The notes beneath the pieces are model-generated. The model did no database searches, was not told where the DNA came from, and saw only the letters and a list, made by a program, of their open reading frames with translations. The translations under genes and the position numbers were made by a program. A DNA stretch of 64,000 nucleotides. It comes from Saccharofermentanales bacterium (lineage in GTDB: Bacteria > Bacillota > Clostridia > Saccharofermentanales > DTU023). The stretch is from positions 510,179-574,178 of the forward strand of contig JBMNJV010000001.1 of the NCBI GenBank assembly GCA_050951845.1, given 5' to 3'. Positions within the stretch are counted from its first letter, which is position 1, and the number at the start of each line of letters is the position of its first letter. This document shows, in pieces, positions 10,043 to 18,560 of the stretch.

Positions 10043-11166
10043 TTATAACGCGAGGCTCTTCCTCCGTCACCTCTGCCTTCTTCCATCATTCCGAATGTCT
10101 CGACAAAAAATGTCCGAGACCGTAGCTTGTATTTGTCCGCAATGGTATTGAGTGCATCTTCAACAATATCCGCCATGACATGCGAATCGGCGACCGCACG
10201 TGCATTGATGACGAGTGAAATTGCGCTGTAGGGCTGAGTCAATTTTCGGTCATACTCAACATCGTAGTCAATGCCGATCAGACTCGCTTTAACAAAATCG
10301 TCTCCCTCGCCTGCTGCGAACGCCTTCAAATGCGGAACGTTATTATTGCTTGCTTTCAAACCCTTGCGGACTTGATTGAAAATATCTTCAACAACTTTAT
10401 TAAAATCAATATTTTTATCATTCTTTTCTTCAAAGAACACACGGCGGTTGTACCAGCTCAACAAATTTTCGGCGGCGATAAATGCTTCCGAGCCGTAGCC
10501 GATTTCACGATGTACAGCCGCTGCTTTGTGGGTCATCAGGTAATCAACAACCTCTTCAACTCCTTCACCTGTCAGAGCGGACATCGTAAAGACCGGGGTA
10601 TCGGGGAATGAAGCCTTGATAAACTCCACACGCTTTGCCTTTTCCTCCTCACTGATCAAATCCACTTTATTCAGCACAATCAGATCGGCTTCGGCCATTT
10701 GTGCTTCAAGCAAAAAGCGCATCTCGGCAGGCAGATTGATTTGCTCCGCTTCAGGCATCAGCATACGCATCCGCTCGGGATCAACAATACAGGTAAAAGG
10801 CATCAGGTCGAACTCTCCGGGCCTGCGTTCCGCAAGCTGTAAATATACGTGTTCAAGCGCCCCGATACCACAGCCCGGAATATCGGACATGATAACCGTA
10901 GCACCTTTATCAACCAACTGATTAAGCTTATCGACGAGATTTTCATGCTGATAACAGATGCAGTCGCCTGCAATCTGTGTAGTCAGTATGCCGGTCGTTG
11001 CCGTAAAGCCGGCATCAACGATATTGTCGGCACCGAGGTCATTGACGAGAATAGCCGCTTTACCATAGCGTTTGTCAATTATATTCCCGAATGCAATCAT
11101 CGAAGTCGTTTTTCCCGCTCCCAGGAATCCGCTTGTTACCATATACTTGGCTTTTGCTTGTGACAT
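10039..11166 (-). CDS. G3E-family P-loop GTPase, COG0523/CobW-like N-terminal domain with a long divergent C-terminal domain
   Basis: Walker A GFLGAGKTT, LVNDLG, a degenerate metal motif GDCICY (canonical family motif is CxCC), and NKxD as LNKVDL. SD ggagg lies 7 nt upstream. The stop overlaps the convergent PepSY stop by 4 nt. Confidence 0.6.
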   Translation of the reverse strand: MSQAKAKYMVTSGFLGAGKTTSMIAFGNIIDKRYGKAAILVNDLGADNIVDAGFTATTGILTTQIAGDCICYQHENLVDKLNQLVDKGATVIMSDIPGCGIGALEHVYLQLAERRPGEFDLMPFTCIVDPERMRMLMPEAEQINLPAEMRFLLEAQMAEADLIVLNKVDLISEEEKAKRVEFIKASFPDTPVFTMSALTGEGVEEVVDYLMTHKAAAVHREIGYGSEAFIAAENLLSWYNRRVFFEEKNDKNIDFNKVVEDIFNQVRKGLKASNNNVPHLKAFAAGEGDDFVKASLIGIDYDVEYDRKLTQPYSAISLVINARAVADSHVMADIVEDALNTIADKYKLRSRTFFVETFGMMEEGRGDGGRASRYN

Positions 11167-11234
11167 ATTAATTCCTCCGTCCCATCAATTAGTTTTCTTC
11201 TGTTTTTATTCTCTGATTTTATCTTCTGCGCCGG

Positions 11235-12572
11235 CTATCGGTACAGGGTTTTTCCCGTATCTGAACTCAAGTTATAACTGCAAAACGGAATGAGTTTTCC
11301 TTCCGGAGAAACCACGTGAATAAAGCAACGGCGAAGTCTGTTTAAATCCATCGTATATGCATCTTGAAAAGCCATGCCGGAAATTGCCAGAGACATGTTT
11401 TGCCGTTCTGTTAAAAATTCATCCAAAAATGATACATCAAGCGACCTTGTTTTTTCTGACGGAACGATTTCTTCGGGAGCTGTCCATTTGTTGGCTACGG
11501 CTCTTCGGGCCTGATCACTCGAAATACCGCAGCTGCAATCTTCGCCGCTGCTCAGAAGTGTCCAGTTTCCGTCTTTCACCATATAATTGGCATGAAATCC
11601 GCAGAGCGGATGTTCGGCATTGGAGGGCAAAAAGTCAGTCCTTTTCAGCTTTCTGTCTGTCTGATGTTCAATTTTTTTAAATAACTCGGGGAATGTGATT
11701 CGCGCATCATCTCCTGCAGAATATCTGCCGAAAAGAGAAACCGGCTGGAAGTGAACTCCGCGCACAATGGGCATGTTGTCAGCTGCATAGCGCAGTATGT
11801 CTCCGAGTTCATCATCGTTTGCACCTTTCATCACTGTCGGCACAAGAACAACCCCGATATGAGCTTCTTTGCAACGTTGCACTGCACGGAGCTTGTCTTC
11901 GATGATACTGCGTCCCCGGAGCGCGAAGTTTGCTTTATCGGAGAAACCGTCAAATTGCAGGAACACGGTTGAAAGCCCGGCTTCTTTAAGTTTTTCAACA
12001 TATCCTGACTCATTAGCTATGCGCAGACCATTCGTATTAAGTTGAAAAAATGAAAATCCTTTTTCTCTGCCCAGGCGGATGATTTCCGGGAGGTCATCCC
12101 GCATTGTCGGTTCTCCGCCGGAGAGCTGAATATTGAACGGACCGCCTTTTTCCATCAGCATCTCGTACCAACCGGCAATCGTTGTCAGATCCGGATCATC
12201 GGCAGTCTGTTCGCCGCCGGAGGAGGCAAAGCAGATCGGACAGCCAAGATTACAGCGCTGCGTTACCTCAATTAACACACAACACGTAGCCTGCAAGTGG
12301 TTTGCACAGATACCGCAGCCGTACGGACAATTACTCTTGAAATCCGGTTCGTCGATAACACGTGTCTTCCATCTGAGAAAGTCAAGCGGATTGTCCCACA
12401 CCGGAACACAAAAATCCCCGTGATCGGGGCAGGTTTTTTCCAGAAAGACACCATCTGCGCCTGCCGTATAACGTGCTTCAATCCTCTCAAGGCAAACAGG
12501 GCAGACACTCTTTGTTTCAGACAAAAGAAGGCGGTTGCCTTTTCCGTATTTGCGATTCGGTGCAGTTTTCAT
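11235..12572 (-). CDS. radical SAM enzyme with N-terminal Cys4 knuckle and twin CX3CX2C motifs (COG1964-like architecture)
   Basis: CPVC...CPDHGDFC near the N-terminus, then CPYGCGIC, then the canonical CNLGCPICF, QLSGGEPT and NTNG. 445 aa, 68 nt upstream of the GTPase gene on the same strand. Confidence 0.65.
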   Translation of the reverse strand: MKTAPNRKYGKGNRLLLSETKSVCPVCLERIEARYTAGADGVFLEKTCPDHGDFCVPVWDNPLDFLRWKTRVIDEPDFKSNCPYGCGICANHLQATCCVLIEVTQRCNLGCPICFASSGGEQTADDPDLTTIAGWYEMLMEKGGPFNIQLSGGEPTMRDDLPEIIRLGREKGFSFFQLNTNGLRIANESGYVEKLKEAGLSTVFLQFDGFSDKANFALRGRSIIEDKLRAVQRCKEAHIGVVLVPTVMKGANDDELGDILRYAADNMPIVRGVHFQPVSLFGRYSAGDDARITFPELFKKIEHQTDRKLKRTDFLPSNAEHPLCGFHANYMVKDGNWTLLSSGEDCSCGISSDQARRAVANKWTAPEEIVPSEKTRSLDVSFLDEFLTERQNMSLAISGMAFQDAYTMDLNRLRRCFIHVVSPEGKLIPFCSYNLSSDTGKTLYR

Positions 12573-12928
12573 CTGTCAATACCTCTTTCAAAGTAAGCTG
12601 TGTATATCCGGTTTTAGATAGGAATGTCTTAGCGTTGAAGTGTATCCTGAGTATGTGCAAAAATGGTTTTCCGCAGCAATTGTACGAAAAATATTTTTTG
12701 TCCGTCCGGTTCTCTTGGTCTTGTTAATAATAATGCAATAAATTAAGGTATTCGTAAAGCGAGCCGGCACCGAGTAAATGAAGCTGAACCGGTTATCTGC
12801 AACCCGAGTGTTCAGCTCCTTCTGCGAAAAAGATGTTCTGTCTTTTCAATCTGCGGAAAAGACGTTCTGCTTCTTCGATCAATACCGATAATTTTTCCCT
12901 GCAGAAAACAGACTTTTGAAAATAAATG

Positions 12929-12971
12929 AAAAAAAAGCTGTTATTGATACAAGAAATTGTATCAATAACTG
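12929..12971 (-). terminator. intrinsic terminator of the SGNH hydrolase gene
   Basis: Perfect 13-bp stem gttattgatacaa/ttgtatcaataac with a 4-nt loop, followed on the minus strand by agctttttttt. Confidence 0.7.
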
Positions 12972-13050
12972 CGTCATAGGTTGGCTAAGGACTAAAAACG
13001 AATAAAATCCGCTTGCTCTGCAAACCGGAATTTTACAAATCAGTTTTAGT

Positions 13051-13755
13051 TCAAGTTTCTAATAATCTTCCATTAATCTCTTTTGCTAATAATTTTGCAG
13101 TATTTGAACTAAAATGGACTCCGTCAACCGTTTGAACTAACCCCCTTTTAGTTGCAATCCGATCTTTGCTTTTGAGAAATAAAGTCATTGCAATTGCATC
13201 AAGTATCCTGGTTAAAAAACTCCATTTCCAACTATATACTTTCATTTCTCGCGGCAACGTTTCAGTCTGCAGTTTATATATATCAATAAAATCAAATCCA
13301 TATTTCTCGCAAATCAGTTTAATTATTTGATTTCTCCTAATTGTTTTATCATTAGGAAATTCTATTAGATTAATATATGGAATCCCGAATATAATTGCTT
13401 TTTTGCCACTTGTATATACCATTTTAATTAATGTTTCAAACTTACTTGAAAACTCTAAATCATCCTCTGTATATTTTTTAATCTTGTAACGAAAAGACAT
13501 TTGTAATTTCCAGTAAAAATCTGCTTTTTTAAGATAAGGAAGTAGTATGTCATTTGTACCAATGCCTAAAACGACTAAGTCAAAATCATCTCTCCTATTA
13601 TTTAACATCTTCTTCAGACGATTGCTTACTCCATATAAGGTATCTCCATTTAAACCTTTATTAACTATTTGTAGATTTTCACTTAGAAAAGATATATATG
13701 AATATCCTACGTTACCATAGGTTAAGCTATCTCCAATACAAAGTAATTTCAACAT
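13051..13755 (-). CDS. SGNH/GDSL-family hydrolase
   Basis: N-terminal block I CIGDSLTYGN, GTND block, C-terminal DGVHFS block. Start refined to the ATG at 13755 (MLKLLCIGDS) after aggggtg. The longer ORF reaching 13824 is probably an artefactual extension. Confidence 0.6.
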   Translation of the reverse strand: MLKLLCIGDSLTYGNVGYSYISFLSENLQIVNKGLNGDTLYGVSNRLKKMLNNRRDDFDLVVLGIGTNDILLPYLKKADFYWKLQMSFRYKIKKYTEDDLEFSSKFETLIKMVYTSGKKAIIFGIPYINLIEFPNDKTIRRNQIIKLICEKYGFDFIDIYKLQTETLPREMKVYSWKWSFLTRILDAIAMTLFLKSKDRIATKRGLVQTVDGVHFSSNTAKLLAKEINGRLLET

Positions 13756-14016
13756 TATCACCCCTGCAAATTCTAATTTATCTGATTGGTAATTGGCTTT
13801 CCTATATTCATTACACGTCTCCATTCAGGTGCAACTCCATCATCACCCAATATTCGTCCATTTCAATATTTCATCTCCTTACTGCTAAAAGAGTTTCTGA
13901 TATCTATTTTAAAATATCTGCATAACTTTTTAAAATATAAAATATACATGAGCAGACACATCAAAACTCTTCAAAGATAATCAGGGATTAAAAACACACC
14001 ATCATCACGCTGATAA

Positions 14017-14388
14017 GCATATTGTGTTCCTGTTATAATTTATTTTCATAACAAAGAAATTATATCTGCTTTTGTCTTATGTAGTACAAATTCCGGAGAG
14101 GAATCAATCGAATGGGAAAACATCAATTCAAAGTCACTTTACTTGGATCGTTTTGCAGTTAATGTTAATTATTCCAAAAAAGGCATCGGTAGCTTGATGA
14201 TTTCCAAAGCAAAACAAATCGCGAAAGAATCAGGAGCAGAATATTTAATACTGTTTGTTGTTGAAATAAACAAACCGGCAATACAATTTTATGAAAAAAA
14301 TAGTTTCAGGAAAGCAATCGGCATATACACTGAAGTTTTTGCTGATGGCTTCAAGCTTCGTCAATTCGGCTATGAAATAAAACTATAA
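14017..14388 (+). pseudogene. GNAT acetyltransferase remnant, N-terminally truncated
   Basis: The frame is open only from 14017 and has no ATG or SD. It encodes only the GNAT acetyl-CoA-binding core (LYLDRFAVNVNYSKKGIGSLMISKAKQIAKESGAEYLILFV...NKPAIQFYEKNSF). About 40 N-terminal residues are missing. Confidence 0.45.
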
Positions 14389-14439
14389 GAGATTCTAAAC
14401 TATCTCTGAAACACCTGTCCTATCAACGTTTCAGGACAT

Positions 14440-14478
14440 AAAAAAAGACGACTCAGAATTGTATCCGTTTTGTCGTCC
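14440..14478 (-). terminator. intrinsic terminator downstream of tRNA-Val
   Basis: On the minus strand: gacgac-loop-gtcgtc followed by ttttttt. Confidence 0.55.
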
Positions 14479-14483
14479 TTCTA

Positions 14484-14560
14484 TGGTGGGTGGTAGTGGA
14501 CTTGAACCACCGACCCCCTGCATGTCACGCAGGTACTCTAACCAGCTGAGCTAACCACCC
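14484..14560 (-). tRNA. tRNA-Val (anticodon GAC), CCA encoded
   Basis: The reverse complement folds as a cloverleaf. Acceptor gggtggt/accaccc, D-arm gctcagctggttagagt, anticodon stem cctgc/gcagg with loop gtGACat, T-arm ggtggttcaagtccact, 3' ACCA. Confidence 0.9.
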
Positions 14561-14580
14561 TTGTCTTTTTATGCTTACAA

Positions 14581-14609
14581 AGCATACCCCAGTTAAATAT
14601 TTTCGTCAA
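14581..14609 (-). promoter_or_regulatory. candidate sigma-A promoter of tRNA-Val
   Basis: Minus strand ttgacg-17 nt-tatgct, about 20 nt upstream of the tRNA 5' end. Confidence 0.45.
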
Positions 14610-14830
14610 GCAAACTTATTAATTTCAGCATTAATTTTTAGACTGGAACTAAACTTTACACTCTAGCATTTCAGTATTATTTCAGTATTATTATTGTTTC
14701 GAAACTTACTATGCTCTTTAGTTTTTAATTTTATTCTGTACGAATTATCATACAGAGTTTTACTGAAACATCGGAATTTCACATTGTTTTTGAGTTTTTT
14801 AAAATTCTTTTAGTATTACATCATAAAGAT

Positions 14831-14861
14831 TGAATATTACATGTTAAACATGTAATATTCA
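14831..14861. promoter_or_regulatory. 31-bp perfect palindrome, candidate operator of the DUF2975/HTH operon
   Basis: tgaatattacatgtt-a-aacatgtaatattca has 15-bp perfect arms. It lies 65 nt upstream of the operon start codon. Confidence 0.5.
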
Positions 14862-14925
14862 TCTATAAACATTGATAATACATAAAAGATACAATTGTAT
14901 GTCAATAATATTTGGAGGTATTATT

Positions 14926-15426
14926 ATGCAGAATCATCTTTTAAAAACAAATAAATTATCTAAAGTATTGATAGCTTTTGTAGGTTTAGGAATGCTGGGA
15001 ATCGTGTTGATTACACTTCTCATCAGTTACAATTTAGTCTTTTTCAGTCATGCGGTGGCAAAAGAAAATCCGGAGGTAGCCTATATGAGAATTCCGGTAT
15101 TGATTATTTCTGAATTAATTATCGGATTATTCCTAATAGCTTGTATTTTATCCTTTGGAGTATTACTCAATTATTGGAAAAATCGCATTTTCAGCAAAAG
15201 CTCCGTAGTTCTATTACGAATAATGAGTCTTTGTTTTGCATTGATTATAATTCCCTGTGTAATATTAATAATTTACACAATGCAAAATGTTGGCGGTTCA
15301 ATAACTAATCTTTGGGTTAATTTCGGCATTATCATCAGCTTTATTGCTGCATGTATTTTTGCACTAATCTCAAATATTGTTGAACAGGGTCTCAATTATA
15401 AAGAAGAAAACGAGCTTACGATCTAG
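14926..15426 (+). CDS. DUF2975-like membrane protein
   Basis: Four hydrophobic segments. Start refined to the ATG at 14926 after ggagg. It pairs with a downstream short XRE-type HTH, as is typical for this family. Confidence 0.5.
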   Translation: MQNHLLKTNKLSKVLIAFVGLGMLGIVLITLLISYNLVFFSHAVAKENPEVAYMRIPVLIISELIIGLFLIACILSFGVLLNYWKNRIFSKSSVVLLRIMSLCFALIIIPCVILIIYTMQNVGGSITNLWVNFGIIISFIAACIFALISNIVEQGLNYKEENELTI

Positions 15427-15438
15427 AAAGGAATTTTT

Positions 15439-15645
15439 ATGTCTATTATTGTCAATTTAGATGTTATGCTTGCTAAGCGAAAAATGACTTTGACCGAGCT
15501 TTCGGAAAAAATAGATTTGAGCTTGAATAATCTGTCTATTCTAAAAACAGGCAAAGCCAAAGCTATAAGATTCTCAACTTTAGAAAAAATTTGTGAAGTT
15601 TTAGAATGTCAGCCGGGTGATATTTTGGAATATAAAACGCTATAA
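15439..15645 (+). CDS. XRE-family helix-turn-helix regulator (YozG-like)
   Basis: 68 aa. MTLTELSEKIDLSLNNLSILKTGKAKAIRFSTLEKICEVLECQPGDILEY is the canonical short HTH_26/YozG pattern. Confidence 0.7.
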   Translation: MSIIVNLDVMLAKRKMTLTELSEKIDLSLNNLSILKTGKAKAIRFSTLEKICEVLECQPGDILEYKTL

Positions 15646-15890
15646 CAGGGTTAAATAATAAAAGCTGTTGCTTAGCCTTGAATATAATTATTCACTTATC
15701 TGTTTATTCAAATATATTTTATAAATACTGCAAACGACTTGGATCAGAAGCAATGATATTCTGTTTTTTTTATGCTATAGTATATCCATAAAACAATCTA
15801 TCTGCTACTAACTGCCAGCCTTTCACTCACTAATTACCTCAATCCTGAAAGGCTGGCACGTACAATTTAAAAAGAAGCTTGGAGGTTTCA

Positions 15891-16433
15891 ATGAATCCTT
15901 GGAACAGTCTGCCAAAGGAAAGAATTTTACCTGATGATTTTCTTGCTGTAATCGAGATCCCGAAGGGAAGCAAACAAAAATATGAAGTTGATAATCAAAC
16001 CGGTCTTTTACGTCTTGACCGAATTCTCTATACATCAACTCACTATCCGCAAAACTACGGTTTTATCCCCCAGACAACTTCTGATGACGGAGATCCTTTA
16101 GACGTTTTAGTTTTATGTTCAGAGAGTTTGACTCCTTTGTGCATGGTTCGCTGTTATCCGATCGGTGCAATAAAAATGACCGACGATGATCATATTGACG
16201 AAAAAATTATTGCGGTGCCTTTTGATGATCCGCAGATGAGTTTTTATCAGGATCTGACAGATTTACCGGATCATGTTTATAATGAAATTATGCATTTTTT
16301 CGAAGTTTATAAAGATTTGGAAAACATTAAAACAGATATTTTACGAATAGACGGACGAGAAGTTGCAAATGAAATTATTGCCAATAGTCTTGTTGCATAT
16401 GAAAAATCTCTTGCCGGCAAAAACGATAAATAA
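15891..16433 (+). CDS. ppa: family I inorganic pyrophosphatase
   Basis: VIEIPKGSKQKYEVD, NYGFIPQT..DGDPLDVLV and IDEKIIAV motifs. Start refined to the ATG at 15891 after ggagg. Confidence 0.85.
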   Translation: MNPWNSLPKERILPDDFLAVIEIPKGSKQKYEVDNQTGLLRLDRILYTSTHYPQNYGFIPQTTSDDGDPLDVLVLCSESLTPLCMVRCYPIGAIKMTDDDHIDEKIIAVPFDDPQMSFYQDLTDLPDHVYNEIMHFFEVYKDLENIKTDILRIDGREVANEIIANSLVAYEKSLAGKNDK

Positions 16434-16492
16434 AAAAATTATCATTGACGTTACCGGTTTTATTGCTGCATGAATTCAGATATCAATTGTTA

Positions 16493-16584
16493 CGGCTTAT
16501 TAGAATTTACATATTATTCGGCTTATTAGAATTTACATATTATTCGGCTTATTAGAATTTACATATTATTCAATCGCTTATAGC
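16493..16584. repeat. 26-bp tandem repeat, three copies plus the ancestral copy overlapping the gene 3' end
   Basis: cggcttattagaatttacatattatt repeats at 16493, 16519 and 16545. A diverged copy spans the stop codon of the J-domain gene. Confidence 0.85.
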
Positions 16585-17374
16585 GATCGATATTTTCTTG
16601 CGACAAAAATTCATATGCACTGCTGACTTCCTGGAATTTTTGGGTGGCATCAGGTGATTTGTTGATGTCCGGATGATATTCTTTAGCTTTTTTACGATAG
16701 GCAAGCTTAACCTGATATTCATCCGTGTTATACGGAATTCCCAACACATCACAATGTTTGCGATACTGCTGATTGAAATCAGCCGCAGGATTATAATAAC
16801 GGCCCTGCCCATAGCCGCCAGAACCGGATCCATATCCGCCGAACGGACCATAGCTCCCGGCTTCACCGGTAAATCCGCCGAAGAATTGTTCGAAGATTCT
16901 TGCCCACTGTTCCTGTTGCTGCTGTCTTCTTTTTTCGCGTTCCGCTGCTTCTTCGGCATATTTTCTTCTGCGTTCCGCCTCCTCTTGTGCAGCTTTTTGT
17001 CTTTTGTATTTATCACCATAAGAACCGAAAATCTGACCTTTAGAAGTTCCTTTAATCAAATCTTCCGATTTATCATACAAAAATTCACAGAGGACGTATT
17101 TCCAATATTCAAGAAAAGACACAAAACCTGATCCCAAAAACGGGAAAATAAAGATTATCAGTAAGGGTATCCATAACCAAATCGGCATCAAGCGAAATAA
17201 AAACGGACTGAAAAATAAAATTCCGATCGCGATTGGAGCAAGTACTTTTCGTATACGTTTTGTAATGTTTACTAAAAAGGATATACCTTTATTTAATCCG
17301 CCTAAAACCACATCCAAAAACTTGGCAATTCCAAAAATTATATATCCCCATATTTTCTTGAAAAATCTTTTCAT
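16559..17374 (-). CDS. membrane protein with C-terminal J (DnaJ) domain
   Basis: N-terminal TM segments, a charged ERRRKYAEEAAEREKRRQQQQE linker, a G/Y-rich tract, and a C-terminal J domain (..YRKKAKEYHPDINKSPDATQKFQEVSSAYEFL). Confidence 0.6.
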   Translation of the reverse strand: MKRFFKKIWGYIIFGIAKFLDVVLGGLNKGISFLVNITKRIRKVLAPIAIGILFFSPFLFRLMPIWLWIPLLIIFIFPFLGSGFVSFLEYWKYVLCEFLYDKSEDLIKGTSKGQIFGSYGDKYKRQKAAQEEAERRRKYAEEAAEREKRRQQQQEQWARIFEQFFGGFTGEAGSYGPFGGYGSGSGGYGQGRYYNPAADFNQQYRKHCDVLGIPYNTDEYQVKLAYRKKAKEYHPDINKSPDATQKFQEVSSAYEFLSQENIDRYKRLNNM

Positions 17375-17840
17375 TGTGTTTATAAAAATCTCAATTCTGT
17401 ATCACTCTTTATTGCTTCTGTTTTGACAATGTATATTATAACTGATTCTTTAATATTATATATCTTAAAATATCCTGAAAAATTCGGCATGAAATTTAAA
17501 GATATGCATGAAATTTTCCTGAAGATTCAGAAAAAATATCTGTTTTAATAATTTGAACTTAACAAAACTTGATTTGCTTATATCAATTTGGCGCTGATTA
17601 CTTTTCTTTTTATGATGTAATTTATGTTATTTTTATTCTATAATAAATTTAGAATTTATTGATCAGAAAAATCAGTAAATAATTAAAAAGATAAAAAACA
17701 TTCAAGCAGATATGCTCTGAAAAATAGTATAGTAACATGATAGTAGAGTAATGGAAGACAAGCGTACATTCTTACGTAATAAAAACAATAGAATAAATGA
17801 ATAGTATAAAGACTTGAACAATAGGAAATAGGAGGCAATT

Positions 17841-18515
17841 ATGGTGTATACATTAAAACATGAAATACATGGAGGAAATTTACCGGTAGCAATTTGCTAT
17901 CCTGATGCAGGCCAAACAATTTATGCGGAGTCCGGATCAATGGGATGGATGTCACCCAATATGCAGATGGAAACTTCAGCGGGGGGTATCGGTAAAGCAT
18001 TTTCGAGGATGTTAACAAGTGAAAGTTTGTTTTTGAATTATTATACTCCGCAAAATGGTCCGGGTTTGTTGGCGATACCGACTAATTTTCCCGGTAGTAT
18101 AATTCCGATCGAATTGGACGGGACACGTGGTTTTGTTCTGCAAAAATCCAGTTTTCTGGCGGCAACAACAGGCGTAGAACATGAACTTTACTTACAGAAG
18201 AAATTGGGAGCCGGTTTCTTCGGTGGTGAAGGATTTATCTTACAACGTTTTTACGGCAGAGGAACTCTTTTGGTAGAAATTGACGGTTCTGCCTGGAATT
18301 ATTATCTGCAACCGGGTGAGGAAATGATCATTGATACAGGTTATATGGCAATGATGGACGATACCTGCAGAATGGATATAAGACAAGTACCGGGTCTGAA
18401 AAACAAACTTTTAGGCGGTGAGGGCTTGTTCAATACAGTTGTAACCGGACCGGGTAATGTAACGATTCAATCACATCCGATTAGCACAATAGCGGCAAGT
18501 TTAACATTCAAATAA
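17841..18515 (+). CDS. AIM24/TIGR00266-family protein
   Basis: 224 aa. ...IYAESGSMGWMSPNMQMETS...FFGGEGFILQRF.G.GTLLVE..G matches the family pattern. Confidence 0.6.
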   Translation: MVYTLKHEIHGGNLPVAICYPDAGQTIYAESGSMGWMSPNMQMETSAGGIGKAFSRMLTSESLFLNYYTPQNGPGLLAIPTNFPGSIIPIELDGTRGFVLQKSSFLAATTGVEHELYLQKKLGAGFFGGEGFILQRFYGRGTLLVEIDGSAWNYYLQPGEEMIIDTGYMAMMDDTCRMDIRQVPGLKNKLLGGEGLFNTVVTGPGNVTIQSHPISTIAASLTFK

Positions 18516-18560
18516 TTTAAGTATTAGTTTGAATCATGATGATTCAAGGATTTGTTATAA

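Noticed and set aside
10330-12727. Multiple plus-strand ORFs (73-107 aa) across the GTPase and radical SAM genes, and the minus-strand ORFs 11831-12013 and 12272-12508.
   Set aside because: All lie inside or overlap the two long, motif-bearing minus-strand genes. The elevated GC content reduces chance stop codons. None has a recognisable motif or SD.
12573-12800. Assignment of the radical SAM operon leader to a known riboswitch class (cobalamin, SAM-I, TPP, FMN, glycine, ZTP or fluoride).
   Set aside because: I could not find any of the conserved core strings, for example GCCACTG for cobalamin or CTGAGA...ACCTGA for TPP. It is reported only as an unclassified structured region.
13756-13824. 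A 23-codon N-terminal extension of the SGNH hydrolase (METCNEYRKANYQSDKLEFAGVI).
   Set aside because: An SD-like aggggtg precedes the internal ATG at 13755, which begins directly with the conserved GDSL block. The extension has no signal-peptide or family features.
16570-17131. ORFs 16570-17019 (-) and 16673-17131 (+) overlapping the J-domain gene.
   Set aside because: They are out-of-frame or antisense to a gene with a clear J domain. Their basic low-complexity translations arise from the charged-linker repeat.
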